Assembly: GCA_965230435.1 (NCBI GenBank)
Contig: CBDDLB010000004.1
Location: 836,634-900,633 of the forward strand
Direction of reading: 5' to 3'
From: Bacteroidales bacterium
GTDB lineage: Bacteria > Bacteroidota > Bacteroidia > Bacteroidales > JBDKHP01
DNA: 64,000 bases
The notes under the pieces are model-generated. The model did no database searches and was not told where the DNA came from. It saw nothing but the letters and a program-made list of their open reading frames with translations. The position numbers and the translations under genes are program-made. This document shows, one piece after another, positions 26,300 through 34,807 of this stretch (position 1 is the stretch's first letter; the number at the start of each line of letters is the position of its first letter).

Positions 26300-26344
26300 T
26301 ACTATTTTTATAGTAATGAAAATATTTTTACTATAAAAATAGTA
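26300..26344. promoter_or_regulatory. Two operator-like dyads upstream of blaI
   Basis: TACTAT-tttt-ATAGTA (26300-26315) and TACTAT-aaaa-ATAGTA (26329-26344), located 14 and 43 nt upstream of the blaI ATG. Confidence 0.55.
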
Positions 26345-26387
26345 ATAATTCAACTATTTGCTCAAAATCAATGAATTACAACATGCC

Positions 26388-26433
26388 TATTGAAAGGGTG
26401 ACTATTGGTTGATCTTAATAGTCGCCCTTTCAA
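26388..26433. repeat. 18-bp inverted repeat (hairpin) downstream of the Uma2 gene
   Basis: attgaaagggtgactatt / aatagtcgccctttcaat with one G-T position and a 10-nt loop; no T-run. Confidence 0.6.
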
Positions 26434-26525
26434 TATTCAATAAACTACTTGAAAATTGATCTGATAATAGATTCAAGGAAAGAGAAATTCAGCTTAACTC
26501 AAAGAAAAGCCAGACTTAGGAGAGG

Positions 26526-27203
26526 TTAACCAACAAATATGTTTGCCAAATCTAAAACAAAACCTTCGATAGCTTTTGATCGGATGCTATCGCCTTTGTT
26601 TGCTTTTTGTACAAGCTGCATTTGCTGGTTTTCGTTGTGGTAAACTTCGATGTATTCTTCTTCGGGTGCTACAATCCAATATTCCAACACATCGTTTTCT
26701 GCATAGAGCTGCATTTTGCGGATACGGTCGTCGTCCTCGTTTGTTGATAAGATTTCCACAATAAAATCAGGAGTTCCATAAGCCCGTTTTTCACCTACTA
26801 TTGACGATCGTTTTATTGAAATAAAAATCAAGTCTGGCTGAACAACATTTTCCTTATCAAATTCAACATCATATGGAGCATAAAACATTTCTCCTAACTG
26901 ATTGTCTTCTACAAAATTGTCGATTTGTCTTGTCAGACGACGGGATATACGTTGATGCTGAGTACTCGGCGCAGCCATAAATACAAGTTTTCCGTTTATT
27001 AATTGATAAGGTGCTAGTTCTGGTAATAGGTTGTAATGATCTGTTGTATAATCCTTTTCCTCGTCGATGGTGGTTATTACATAACAGTCCCACTCTTTGT
27101 AATGGAAAATTATCTGGCCTTCAGGAATTGGGTAATACCCTCTGGGCGACACGAGTTCTTCTGGGTTCAAGGAACTGAACAGATGTTTTGCTGGGTCTTT
27201 CAT
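26526..27203 (-). CDS. Uma2-family (DUF820) PD-(D/E)xK endonuclease
   Basis: VQPDLIFISIKRSSIV...GTPDFIVEILSTNEDDDRIRKMQLYAENDVLEYWIV is the Uma2 signature. Start trimmed to MKDPAKH. Confidence 0.8.
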   Translation of the reverse strand: MKDPAKHLFSSLNPEELVSPRGYYPIPEGQIIFHYKEWDCYVITTIDEEKDYTTDHYNLLPELAPYQLINGKLVFMAAPSTQHQRISRRLTRQIDNFVEDNQLGEMFYAPYDVEFDKENVVQPDLIFISIKRSSIVGEKRAYGTPDFIVEILSTNEDDDRIRKMQLYAENDVLEYWIVAPEEEYIEVYHNENQQMQLVQKANKGDSIRSKAIEGFVLDLANIFVG

Positions 27204-27473
27204 CGTTAACTTTTTGCTGGGCAAATGTAGGAAATTGAGAAAAACAAACAGCAATCTAAAACTCAGTTCAATAACACTACCTCCTCTTTGTAACTCTTAA
27301 TCTAAAATTAACACATAGATTACCCTTTATTTTTCAAAATAGTCAACTTTACTATCGTAATAAAACAAATAAGACTCATATAAAGTTGTTTAAAAAATAT
27401 AAAGCAATAAATTATCATTCAACATAAAATTCTTAGTTACACCAACCCTACTTAACAAGTTAAATCACAAAAG

Positions 27474-27790
27474 ATGAGAAAGTTTGTTCTAATCCCATGC
27501 TGCTTATGTCGCTGTGTATAAGAGCACAATCCACAACAGAGAACGGACAAACTACCACAACCGATCAAGTTGGAATTGGGACAACCTAGATCGTTTCAAA
27601 CAGCAAACTAACAATTGGAGGAAACCTCAATGTTGGAGGAGAAAGCAATGGCATTATCTCCGCCAGACACGTTAATGGTAAAAGTCATTTAAACTCCAAC
27701 CTCAACAACCTGTATCTTAATTACAACACAAACAAAGCTATTTATTCGAATGTGAAGTTTACTATGACGACAGCACAATGACAATGAGTT
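27474..27790 (+). pseudogene. Decayed fragment of a tail-fibre-like / repetitive surface protein gene
   Basis: Own translation: a short ORF MRKFVLIPCCLCRCV*, then TTDQVGIGTT*IVSNSKLTIGGNLNVGGESNGIISARHVNGKSHLNSNLNNLYLNYNTNKAIYSNVKF with an in-frame stop. Confidence 0.35.
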
Positions 27791-27868
27791 ATAGTTATCC
27801 GACTATACATTTGAAACCATAAAAACTAAGTATATTGAAGTGTTTTTAGTATAAAATGAATTTGCCTT

Positions 27869-28717
27869 ATGTTTAAGATACTTAAAGTCCTCCTACTCTT
27901 GCTTGTTTTTTCGCTGATTGGAATAAGTACAAAAGCTCAAGTTGAAGACAAACGAAGTATGCTCCAAGGCTATTGGCTTGCAACAACCATCCACGATTGT
28001 TGCCCGTTCTACATGTGTTTCGAAGATTCTTTAGCTGTTACAATGTTCGATTACGTTTACTGTCCTTACCAACTAAAGGGAGATACGATTGTAATAAAAA
28101 AAACTGATGCACCTAGGTTCTTCTGTAAGGGGGATTTTGTGTTTACAATACACCAAATAAGTTCGGATAGTTTGTACTTAAAAGCTATTGATGAAAACAC
28201 AAAAGCTATGACTAACAGATTCTTTGAGACAGATTCCAATTTTCTAAACTTGAGACGATATAAAGGCGCAGCTGATAATTATGAAATCGAAAGAATCAGC
28301 TATTCCAACCGTCGCTTAACAGGTGTAGGTGTCCACTATTTTGATGTAGAGTTTAACAAAAATGGAGAGGTGAAATATCGGAGAGTACAATCTGATCTGA
28401 CTAAAGAAGGGTTGATGGGTGTTTCCAGAGAAGATTACAAAGGAACAATCAGTTCTCAACAATTTAAAGCCTTCTGTAATATTTTTAATGCTATGGGAAA
28501 AAAATCTTTTAAAAAGATGGACACTCGCGGAGGAAGCAGTTATCTGGCTTGCACAACGAGCTCGGGGAAAAAAATTGAGCTTGAGTTTAATAGAACTATG
28601 GAAGAACCTTTTTTATTCGGACTTTTGGTTGAAAAGATTTATTCAATACCATATGCTATCAAACTCGAAAAGACAGATTGGGGCAATTATGATTTCGAAG
28701 ACCATAGCAGACATTAA
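27869..28717 (+). CDS. Secreted hypothetical protein
   Basis: 282-aa ORF with signal peptide MFKILKVLLLLLVFSLIGISTKAQ; no recognisable motifs. Confidence 0.55.
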   Translation: MFKILKVLLLLLVFSLIGISTKAQVEDKRSMLQGYWLATTIHDCCPFYMCFEDSLAVTMFDYVYCPYQLKGDTIVIKKTDAPRFFCKGDFVFTIHQISSDSLYLKAIDENTKAMTNRFFETDSNFLNLRRYKGAADNYEIERISYSNRRLTGVGVHYFDVEFNKNGEVKYRRVQSDLTKEGLMGVSREDYKGTISSQQFKAFCNIFNAMGKKSFKKMDTRGGSSYLACTTSSGKKIELEFNRTMEEPFLFGLLVEKIYSIPYAIKLEKTDWGNYDFEDHSRH

Positions 28718-28757
28718 CCAGTAGAGATACGATGCTTCATGTCTTACAAGAGCAATC

Positions 28758-29540
28758 CTAATCAACCTCCATTTTCTTACGGGCAATAACAATAACAGGA
28801 TGATAAGTCAGACTAACATGCCCTTTCTCATTACCAGACCCCTCCCGGTATTCTTTGTCAAATACCCGTAGTTTTTCTTTCCCCAAAAAGCCACCCGAAA
28901 GTCCATTCACCCCAGTCTTTTTAATATGTCTGAGTACAGACGTTGGAGTATCGAAAAACAATTGTTCTGTCCATTCCTCGGCATGTAGCATTTCGAAGTT
29001 TTGGCTAAGCATTGTTTTCAATTGTTCGAGCGGAATATAGTTCAGCCCAACATTCAATGTTTTTCTGATTTCTATAAAATTCTTCTCCCCGAAAGTGCTA
29101 AAGGCCAAGTAGCCATCAGGAAGTAACAGCGTATTGACTTTTTCCAGAAAAGAAGAAAGGTCACCGAACCATTGAAAGCACGATGCCGAGATAACAGCAT
29201 CGAGTCCATTAGGGAAGCTGACTTTTTCCGCATCTCCACCAATAAAAGATGTGTTCGGTGGCCTATGTCCATTTAGGCGGTTCATTACCTGTAGGGCCGA
29301 ATTATCAGCAAGATCATTCAGAAAATAGTTCCTGACATCGAACCGCTGAACAATCTGTTCGGTAAGGAATCCAGTACCACAGCCAATTTCCAACAAGCGA
29401 CCTGTTTTCATACTTCCTTTATTCTGAAGGAGCATGGCCAATTTATGTGCAGTTTTCCACTGAACGGAAGCTTCTGTGTTGTAGGTCGAAAAATTCTGTT
29501 CGAAACGTTGCTTTACTTTTTTCTTCTTCTGTTCGATCAT
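28758..29540 (-). CDS. bioC: Malonyl-ACP O-methyltransferase BioC
   Basis: Class I SAM-methyltransferase motif LLEIGCGTGFLT and a BioC-like N-terminus (RFEQNFSTYNTEASVQ). Last gene of the biotin cluster. Confidence 0.8.
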   Translation of the reverse strand: MIEQKKKKVKQRFEQNFSTYNTEASVQWKTAHKLAMLLQNKGSMKTGRLLEIGCGTGFLTEQIVQRFDVRNYFLNDLADNSALQVMNRLNGHRPPNTSFIGGDAEKVSFPNGLDAVISASCFQWFGDLSSFLEKVNTLLLPDGYLAFSTFGEKNFIEIRKTLNVGLNYIPLEQLKTMLSQNFEMLHAEEWTEQLFFDTPTSVLRHIKKTGVNGLSGGFLGKEKLRVFDKEYREGSGNEKGHVSLTYHPVIVIARKKMEVD

Positions 29541-29650
29541 TCTATATCAGTCGTAAACCCAATACAACATCTAGAAATTGAAAAATCAAGCTCTTCAACA
29601 TCTAGCTGTTGCTTTCGGAATGTATTTTTTGTTTTGTGGTATTTTTCTAG

Positions 29651-30307
29651 CTACAGGGAAACGATCTCATTCCAGCTCAAAAATCCAGTAAAAGGATAAT
29701 GCGCAAGATTATGTTCCACAACTTTGGTTTTAGCCGTCCAATAATTCCATTGATTTTTTGCTGTGAAAACCATGTCATCGCGTCCAATCAGCACTGTACT
29801 GAACTTAAAATACTGCCTTTCGCCTGTGGTGATTTCTTTGTGTAAAAACTCCAGTTCCTCCTTTTGTTCACTTGCTCTTCTATGTGGTAGCCTATGTATC
29901 AGCTGTTCATATTTTTCGTTGCCGCCCATCATCCGTAAGTTGAACTTCTTTCGGTTGCGGTCGTTCCAACTTTCCAGAGTCATTTCAAAAACCCGTGGCT
30001 GAATACCATTTCGGGCGTCAATAGGTGACAGAGTGCCGTTTATGGCAATCGATTTTGCGAAACTCATAGGTGTATCTTTAAAAATTTGGGCACTTGCCCA
30101 CACACCCATCGACCACGAAATAAGGTGAAGTTTCTTGTAGCCAGTAAATTCGTCTTCAGAGAAATTGAAATTGCGATAATTATAGAACATGCAAAGGTCA
30201 AAGCCATTGGTATCAAGGTGGTTGATGGCATGTTCGTCCATTCCCCAACCATTGAAAAAAAGAATACATGTGGAATTGCCGTCTTTATTTAACCACTTTT
30301 TTTGCAT
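29651..30307 (-). CDS. bioG: Pimeloyl-ACP methyl ester esterase, BioG (DUF452) type
   Basis: ILFFNGWGMD and nucleophile motif ISWSMGVW. Sits between bioF and bioC and overlaps bioF by 23 nt. Confidence 0.75.
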   Translation of the reverse strand: MQKKWLNKDGNSTCILFFNGWGMDEHAINHLDTNGFDLCMFYNYRNFNFSEDEFTGYKKLHLISWSMGVWASAQIFKDTPMSFAKSIAINGTLSPIDARNGIQPRVFEMTLESWNDRNRKKFNLRMMGGNEKYEQLIHRLPHRRASEQKEELEFLHKEITTGERQYFKFSTVLIGRDDMVFTAKNQWNYWTAKTKVVEHNLAHYPFTGFLSWNEIVSL

Positions 30308-31409
30308 AGGACACTAAAATTTGTTTTATCTGTGTTAGTTCATCTAAATCTAAGTCCGCATTTAGTGAAAACCGGAGCCGGGCAGTTGATTTTGGTACTG
30401 TTGGGTATCTAATCGGCAATACCCGGAAGCCTGCCTCTTTTAGAGCTTCAGAAGCTTCTATTGCTCTTTTGTTTTCTCCTAAAACGTATGGAACGATATG
30501 GCTGTTCGCTTTTTCTCCCAACATTTCCGCAAATTCCATGCTGATGCGTTTCAGACGTTCGCGGCGGCCAGAGAACTGTTCCAGACGATCAACAAGAAAG
30601 CTCGTCCACGCTATGTTAACAGGTGGCAATGCAGTGGTGAAAATTAAGGTGCGTGAGTGGGCTACTAAATACTGTTTGAAGAGGGAAGAGCAAACCACAA
30701 ATGCTCCAACAGAGCATAGGGCCTTCCCAAAGGTACCTACAATGAAATCTATGTCATCGATAACACCTTCTTCCTCCGAAAGGCCAAGGCCAGTTCTGCC
30801 CATGGCTCCTACCCCGTGTGCTTCGTCGATGTAAAGAAAACAATTGTAACGTTTTTTTATATCAACCAGTCTAGGTAGATCTGCCAGATCGCCGTCCATG
30901 CTGAAAACACTCTCGCTGACAATGAAAACGTTCCGGTATAAAGAGCGTTTTTGTGAAAGAATTTTCTCTAAATGTTCATAGTCGGAATGTCGGTATCTGA
31001 CAAAATCAGCTTCGCTCAGTTTGAAACCATCAATCAAGCTTGCATGAACCAGCTTATCGGCCACAATAAGATCACGTTTATCGGTTAACGTAGTTAGAAT
31101 CCCTAGGTTCGCATGATAACCGCTGTTGTACAGCAGGCAAGTTTCCTTTTGATATCTAGCCGCAATTTTTTCTTCCAATCGGATATGTTCGGAAGAATTT
31201 CCGCTTAATAACCGAGACGAACTAGAGCTAAAAGAGTGTCTTTCTCTCGATAAAGCATCCAGAAATTCATGATAAAGATTTCCATCATTATTCAGTCCAA
31301 GATAATCGTTCGAACAAAGATCTATCAGTTCAGTTTCGGCTTCGGGTAAAACCCTTAAGTTCGAAGTTGCTTTTAGTTCTTCCAGCCTTTGTTTATAGTT
31401 GTCAAGCAT
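30285..31409 (-). CDS. bioF: 8-amino-7-oxononanoate synthase
   Basis: PLP-dependent alpha-oxoamine synthase motifs: DLCSNDYLGL, YIDEAHGVG, and GTFGKA with the PLP lysine. Confidence 0.88.
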   Translation of the reverse strand: MLDNYKQRLEELKATSNLRVLPEAETELIDLCSNDYLGLNNDGNLYHEFLDALSRERHSFSSSSSRLLSGNSSEHIRLEEKIAARYQKETCLLYNSGYHANLGILTTLTDKRDLIVADKLVHASLIDGFKLSEADFVRYRHSDYEHLEKILSQKRSLYRNVFIVSESVFSMDGDLADLPRLVDIKKRYNCFLYIDEAHGVGAMGRTGLGLSEEEGVIDDIDFIVGTFGKALCSVGAFVVCSSLFKQYLVAHSRTLIFTTALPPVNIAWTSFLVDRLEQFSGRRERLKRISMEFAEMLGEKANSHIVPYVLGENKRAIEASEALKEAGFRVLPIRYPTVPKSTARLRFSLNADLDLDELTQIKQILVSYAKKVVK

Positions 31410-32704
31410 TATGAATAAAGTTTAAACAAAGTGTTGCAGATACCGTCCGTTAGCTGTTTCAGTTCATCATCCGAAATCACAAAAGGAGGCATAGTGTAAA
31501 CCAGCTTACCAAAAGGCCGCATCCAGATACCTTGTTGCGAAAACTCATCCTGCATCAATTTCATATCCACAGGCTCTTTCATTTCCACAACACCGATAGC
31601 ACCCAATACCCGAACATCCTCAACAGCGTCCAGCTCCGCTAAAGGCTGCAAAGATACTTCTAGTTGGCGTTCGATATTCATGACTTTTCCCTGCCAATCG
31701 CTTTCCAGCAGCAAGTCGATACTTTCCGAAGCCAATGCACAAGCCAAAGGGTTTCCCATAAAAGTAGGTCCGTGCATAAAAACACCAGGCTCCGCCCCAG
31801 AAATTGTTTCTGCAACATTTTTCGTGCAGAGTGTTGCCGCAAAGGACATATAACCACCCGTCATAGCTTTGCCTATACACATTATATCTGGCGATATATC
31901 AGCATGTTCACAGGCAAACAATTTTCCAGTTCTGCCAAATCCTGTCGCTATTTCATCTGCAATAAGAAGTACACCGTATTGCTTACAAAGCCTACCAACA
32001 GCCTTCAAATAGTCCGGATGATAAAAACGCATCCCGCCAGCACCCTGCACAATAGGTTCAAGAACAAAAGCCGCAATTTCATGATGATGTTCCTCGAAAA
32101 ACTTCTCAACAACACCAATTTCACTCTCAATAAATTCCCCACCGAACCTAGACTCTGGCGAAGGCAAAAAATGCTGAATCGGAAGCTTCTGATTAAAAAT
32201 ATGATGCATTCCCGTAACAGGGTCACAAACCGACATCGTGTGCCACGTATCACCATGATAACCACGCCTTACCGTCGCAAACCGATTCTTCTCTCCCCTA
32301 CCCGATGCATGCCAATATTGCAGCGCCATTTTCATCGCCACTTCCACCGCCACCGAACCCGAATCGCAATAAAAAATACGGTCAAGCCCCTCAGGTACAA
32401 TCTTCAGAAGACGTTCCGTAAGCTCAACCGCAGGACGGTGAGTAAGCCCCCCGAACATCACATGCGACACCTCCGAAGCCTGTCGCTGCAAAGCCCCGTT
32501 CAGCCGGGGATGATTATAACCATGAATCACCGACCACCAGCTCGACATCCCATCCACAAGCCGTCGTCCATCTTCCAGTTCAATAAACACACCTTCAGCA
32601 CGCTTCACTACCAACGGATCCACCGCGTTATTTGCCGACGCATACGGATGCCAAATATGAGCCCTATCTATCGCCAAGAGTTGATCTATCTCCATACAAT
32701 TCAA
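31409..32704 (-). CDS. bioA: Adenosylmethionine-8-amino-7-oxononanoate aminotransferase
   Basis: IWHPYA, class-III aminotransferase motifs [18 protein letters not shown] and the PLP lysine in [10 protein letters not shown]. Confidence 0.9.
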   Translation of the reverse strand: MNCMEIDQLLAIDRAHIWHPYASANNAVDPLVVKRAEGVFIELEDGRRLVDGMSSWWSVIHGYNHPRLNGALQRQASEVSHVMFGGLTHRPAVELTERLLKIVPEGLDRIFYCDSGSVAVEVAMKMALQYWHASGRGEKNRFATVRRGYHGDTWHTMSVCDPVTGMHHIFNQKLPIQHFLPSPESRFGGEFIESEIGVVEKFFEEHHHEIAAFVLEPIVQGAGGMRFYHPDYLKAVGRLCKQYGVLLIADEIATGFGRTGKLFACEHADISPDIMCIGKAMTGGYMSFAATLCTKNVAETISGAEPGVFMHGPTFMGNPLACALASESIDLLLESDWQGKVMNIERQLEVSLQPLAELDAVEDVRVLGAIGVVEMKEPVDMKLMQDEFSQQGIWMRPFGKLVYTMPPFVISDDELKQLTDGICNTLFKLYS

Positions 32705-32760
32705 ATTATAAACATTTCATTATTAATGATTAGGAGCACAACACTACCTCCATTTAAATC

Positions 32761-32895
32761 GCCCCTTCGCGCCTTCCGCTACAAGTCCTTGCCCCCCGCA
32801 CCGTTCAGCATCGGCGTGGCGGTCTATTCCACTCTCGTTCCATAGCCGCCACACCGTGCTTCACAGGCGCGCGTGGCTGTGGGCTTTCCGCTACA
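32761..32895. repeat. GC-rich block with degenerate internal repeats in the bioB-bioA spacer
   Basis: ttccgctaca occurs twice (about 32774 and 32886). caccgt..ca..ggcg..gtggc.gt occurs twice. ggcgtggcgg lies opposite gccgccacacc. The composition is strikingly GC-rich compared with the surroundings. Confidence 0.6.
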
Positions 32896-32940
32896 GTCAC
32901 GGCTATTTTAGAACTGCATTGCTTTCCTATTACATTTTTA

Positions 32941-32971
32941 GACCCGATGGGTTTTAACAACCCATCGGGTC
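32941..32971. repeat. Perfect 12-bp hairpin
   Basis: gacccgatgggt-tttaaca-acccatcgggtc. Confidence 0.85.
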
Positions 32972-33068
32972 AAGCATGCGTCAGCCAATTCAACTATACT
33001 ATTTATGTGATGAATTTACCGATATGATGAAACCGAAGGTTTCAACGGAAAAGCAACGCTTTTCAGCT

Positions 33069-33168
33069 CCCCTCCTTAAAAAAGGAGGGGCAGGGGTGGT
33101 TGTATTTTTATAAATACATCATGTTATTATATAAACACCACCCCTACCCCCTCCTCAGAGAGGAGGGG
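33069..33168. repeat. ~100-nt composite palindrome forming three hairpins, 50 nt downstream of the bioB stop
   Basis: H1 cccctcct/aggagggg (33069-33090). H2 aggggtggt/accacccct (33092-33145). H3 cccctcctc/gaggagggg (33148-33168). The left and right halves are also reverse complements of each other. Confidence 0.85.
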
Positions 33169-33217
33169 AATGAAATTACTGAAGCTTTATTCCTATAAAT
33201 TCAAGTTCGAAACCGTA

Positions 33218-34177
33218 TTATCTGACCTTAAAACCACATTTTTCAAAATCACGAACATCATCATCAACATCCGAACCAGTAGTAGTAAGATAATCACCAG
33301 TAAGCGCAGCATTAATACCAGCATGCAAAGCCTTATCCTGAAAAGCCTTTATTTTCAAACGGCCACCAGCAAAACGCAATTTAGCCGTAGGATTCAAAAA
33401 GCGGAAAATTGCAATTGTAGTCAGGATTTCCTCTTCCGTAAGTTCCTGAGTATTCTCCATCGGAGTTCCTTCTATCGGCATCAGCACATTAATCGGGATC
33501 GACTGAACCTCAAGGTCACGCAATGCAACAGCCATTTCAATACGGTGTTCCATCGTTTCGCCCATTCCGATAATACCACCAGAACAAATATCAATGCCTA
33601 ACTTCTTAGCTGCCTTAATGGTCTCAATCTTCTCATCAATAGTATGCGTTGTACACACCTGATCGAAATACGATGGCGCAGTTTCCAAATTGCAGTGATA
33701 ATGCGAAAGACCGATTTCATTGTTCAACCGCTTCAGTTGCTCTTCAGAAATAAGTCCCATAGAAGCACACAGTTCGATATCGCTTTTCTCCTGAATCTCT
33801 TTGTAAATCGGAATCAGCTTATCCAAGGTTTTGTCATTTACCTTGCGTCCGCTAGTCACCAAAGAGTGGCGCTTCACACCTTTAGCAGCATTAGAAACAG
33901 CCTCGTTAACCGTACTCTCACGGTCAACAATCTCATACTCCTCAACATCGGTCTGAAAATGCGCCGACTGACTACACCATTTGCAGTTTTCAGGGCATTT
34001 ACCAGATTTAGCATTCGTAATCGAGCACAGATCCATTTTATTTCCGCAAAGCTTCTCACGTATTTCGTCTGCGGCTTTATAAAGAGCGTTTTTGTTTTCG
34101 GTTTTGCTTAGCTCCACTGCTTCATCGTAGCTAAGTGCATAACCTCCGAGTACTTTTTCTTTCAATACTTCTATCAT
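33218..34177 (-). CDS. bioB: Biotin synthase
   Basis: Radical-SAM motif in KSGKCPENCKWCSQS (CxxxCxxC) and a typical BioB length and C-terminal region. Confidence 0.92.
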   Translation of the reverse strand: MIEVLKEKVLGGYALSYDEAVELSKTENKNALYKAADEIREKLCGNKMDLCSITNAKSGKCPENCKWCSQSAHFQTDVEEYEIVDRESTVNEAVSNAAKGVKRHSLVTSGRKVNDKTLDKLIPIYKEIQEKSDIELCASMGLISEEQLKRLNNEIGLSHYHCNLETAPSYFDQVCTTHTIDEKIETIKAAKKLGIDICSGGIIGMGETMEHRIEMAVALRDLEVQSIPINVLMPIEGTPMENTQELTEEEILTTIAIFRFLNPTAKLRFAGGRLKIKAFQDKALHAGINAALTGDYLTTTGSDVDDDVRDFEKCGFKVR

Positions 34178-34207
34178 AGGTCATTACATAAAAAAGTCCA
34201 TAAACTG

Positions 34208-34627
34208 CTAATTGCAGAATATGGACTTCATGGGGTTAAAACTAAATTTTAATCCTTCAAACTCTTTCGGGCATGGTTGTACAGCTACTTCGCATTGCAG
34301 TAGCTCTAGCCATTCTATTTCTGAGAGATCCCTTTTTCGATCCCGTTCTTCTTCATCTTCTACAATGTCTCCATTTTGTTTTGGAAGCAGACAAAGCTCA
34401 TCCGCTCCAAAAACAGAGGAGTACAAATCCATTTTCAACTGCCCGATATTCACCACACGCTTCAAGCTGGCAAATGTCGCATAGCTCTTCCCCGACCATT
34501 GTGTAAACACAAAAGCTTTTGGGATACTATTTCGCAGTTTTCTTTTCATAAGTGGGCAAAGGTAGTTTTTCTGATTTACTTTCTGGGCTTCTAACTTCAA
34601 TACTACATCCCAGTTTTTTTCAGTCAA
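34208..34627 (-). CDS. Unassigned ORF directly upstream of bioB; coding status uncertain
   Basis: 139-aa ORF ending 30 nt before the bioB ATG, with an acidic/charged middle (DIVEDEEERDRKRD). No family recognised. Confidence 0.3.
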   Translation of the reverse strand: MTEKNWDVVLKLEAQKVNQKNYLCPLMKRKLRNSIPKAFVFTQWSGKSYATFASLKRVVNIGQLKMDLYSSVFGADELCLLPKQNGDIVEDEEERDRKRDLSEIEWLELLQCEVAVQPCPKEFEGLKFSFNPMKSIFCN

Positions 34628-34807
34628 TAATTGTTCGTTAAAGTCTTTTCACTTTATCTTCGCATCTTTAATTGTAAATTGATGGTTCTTTATAGTTGTC
34701 AATTCGTAAATATTCAGTAGAAAATAAATCGTATTAGATAGCTTTGTGAACTTAATTTGCTATTTGAAGAAAACTAGCACTGCCTTTGTTTGATTTTTAT
34801 TAAAAAT

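Noticed and set aside
31664-32845. 393-aa ORF on the plus strand, the longest unexplained ORF in the track
   Set aside because: It lies entirely antisense to bioA, which has unambiguous aminotransferase motifs. Its translation is low-complexity and Arg/His/Ile/Phe-rich (e.g. [11 protein letters not shown]) with no recognisable domain. This is a typical shadow ORF.
32761-32895. GC-rich repeated block considered as a degenerate CRISPR array or a tRNA/tmRNA-like gene
   Set aside because: The repeats are irregular in length and spacing, with no repeat-spacer periodicity, and no cas genes are in the window. No cloverleaf arms or a GTTCGAATC-type T-loop could be found. It is kept as an unexplained repeat instead.
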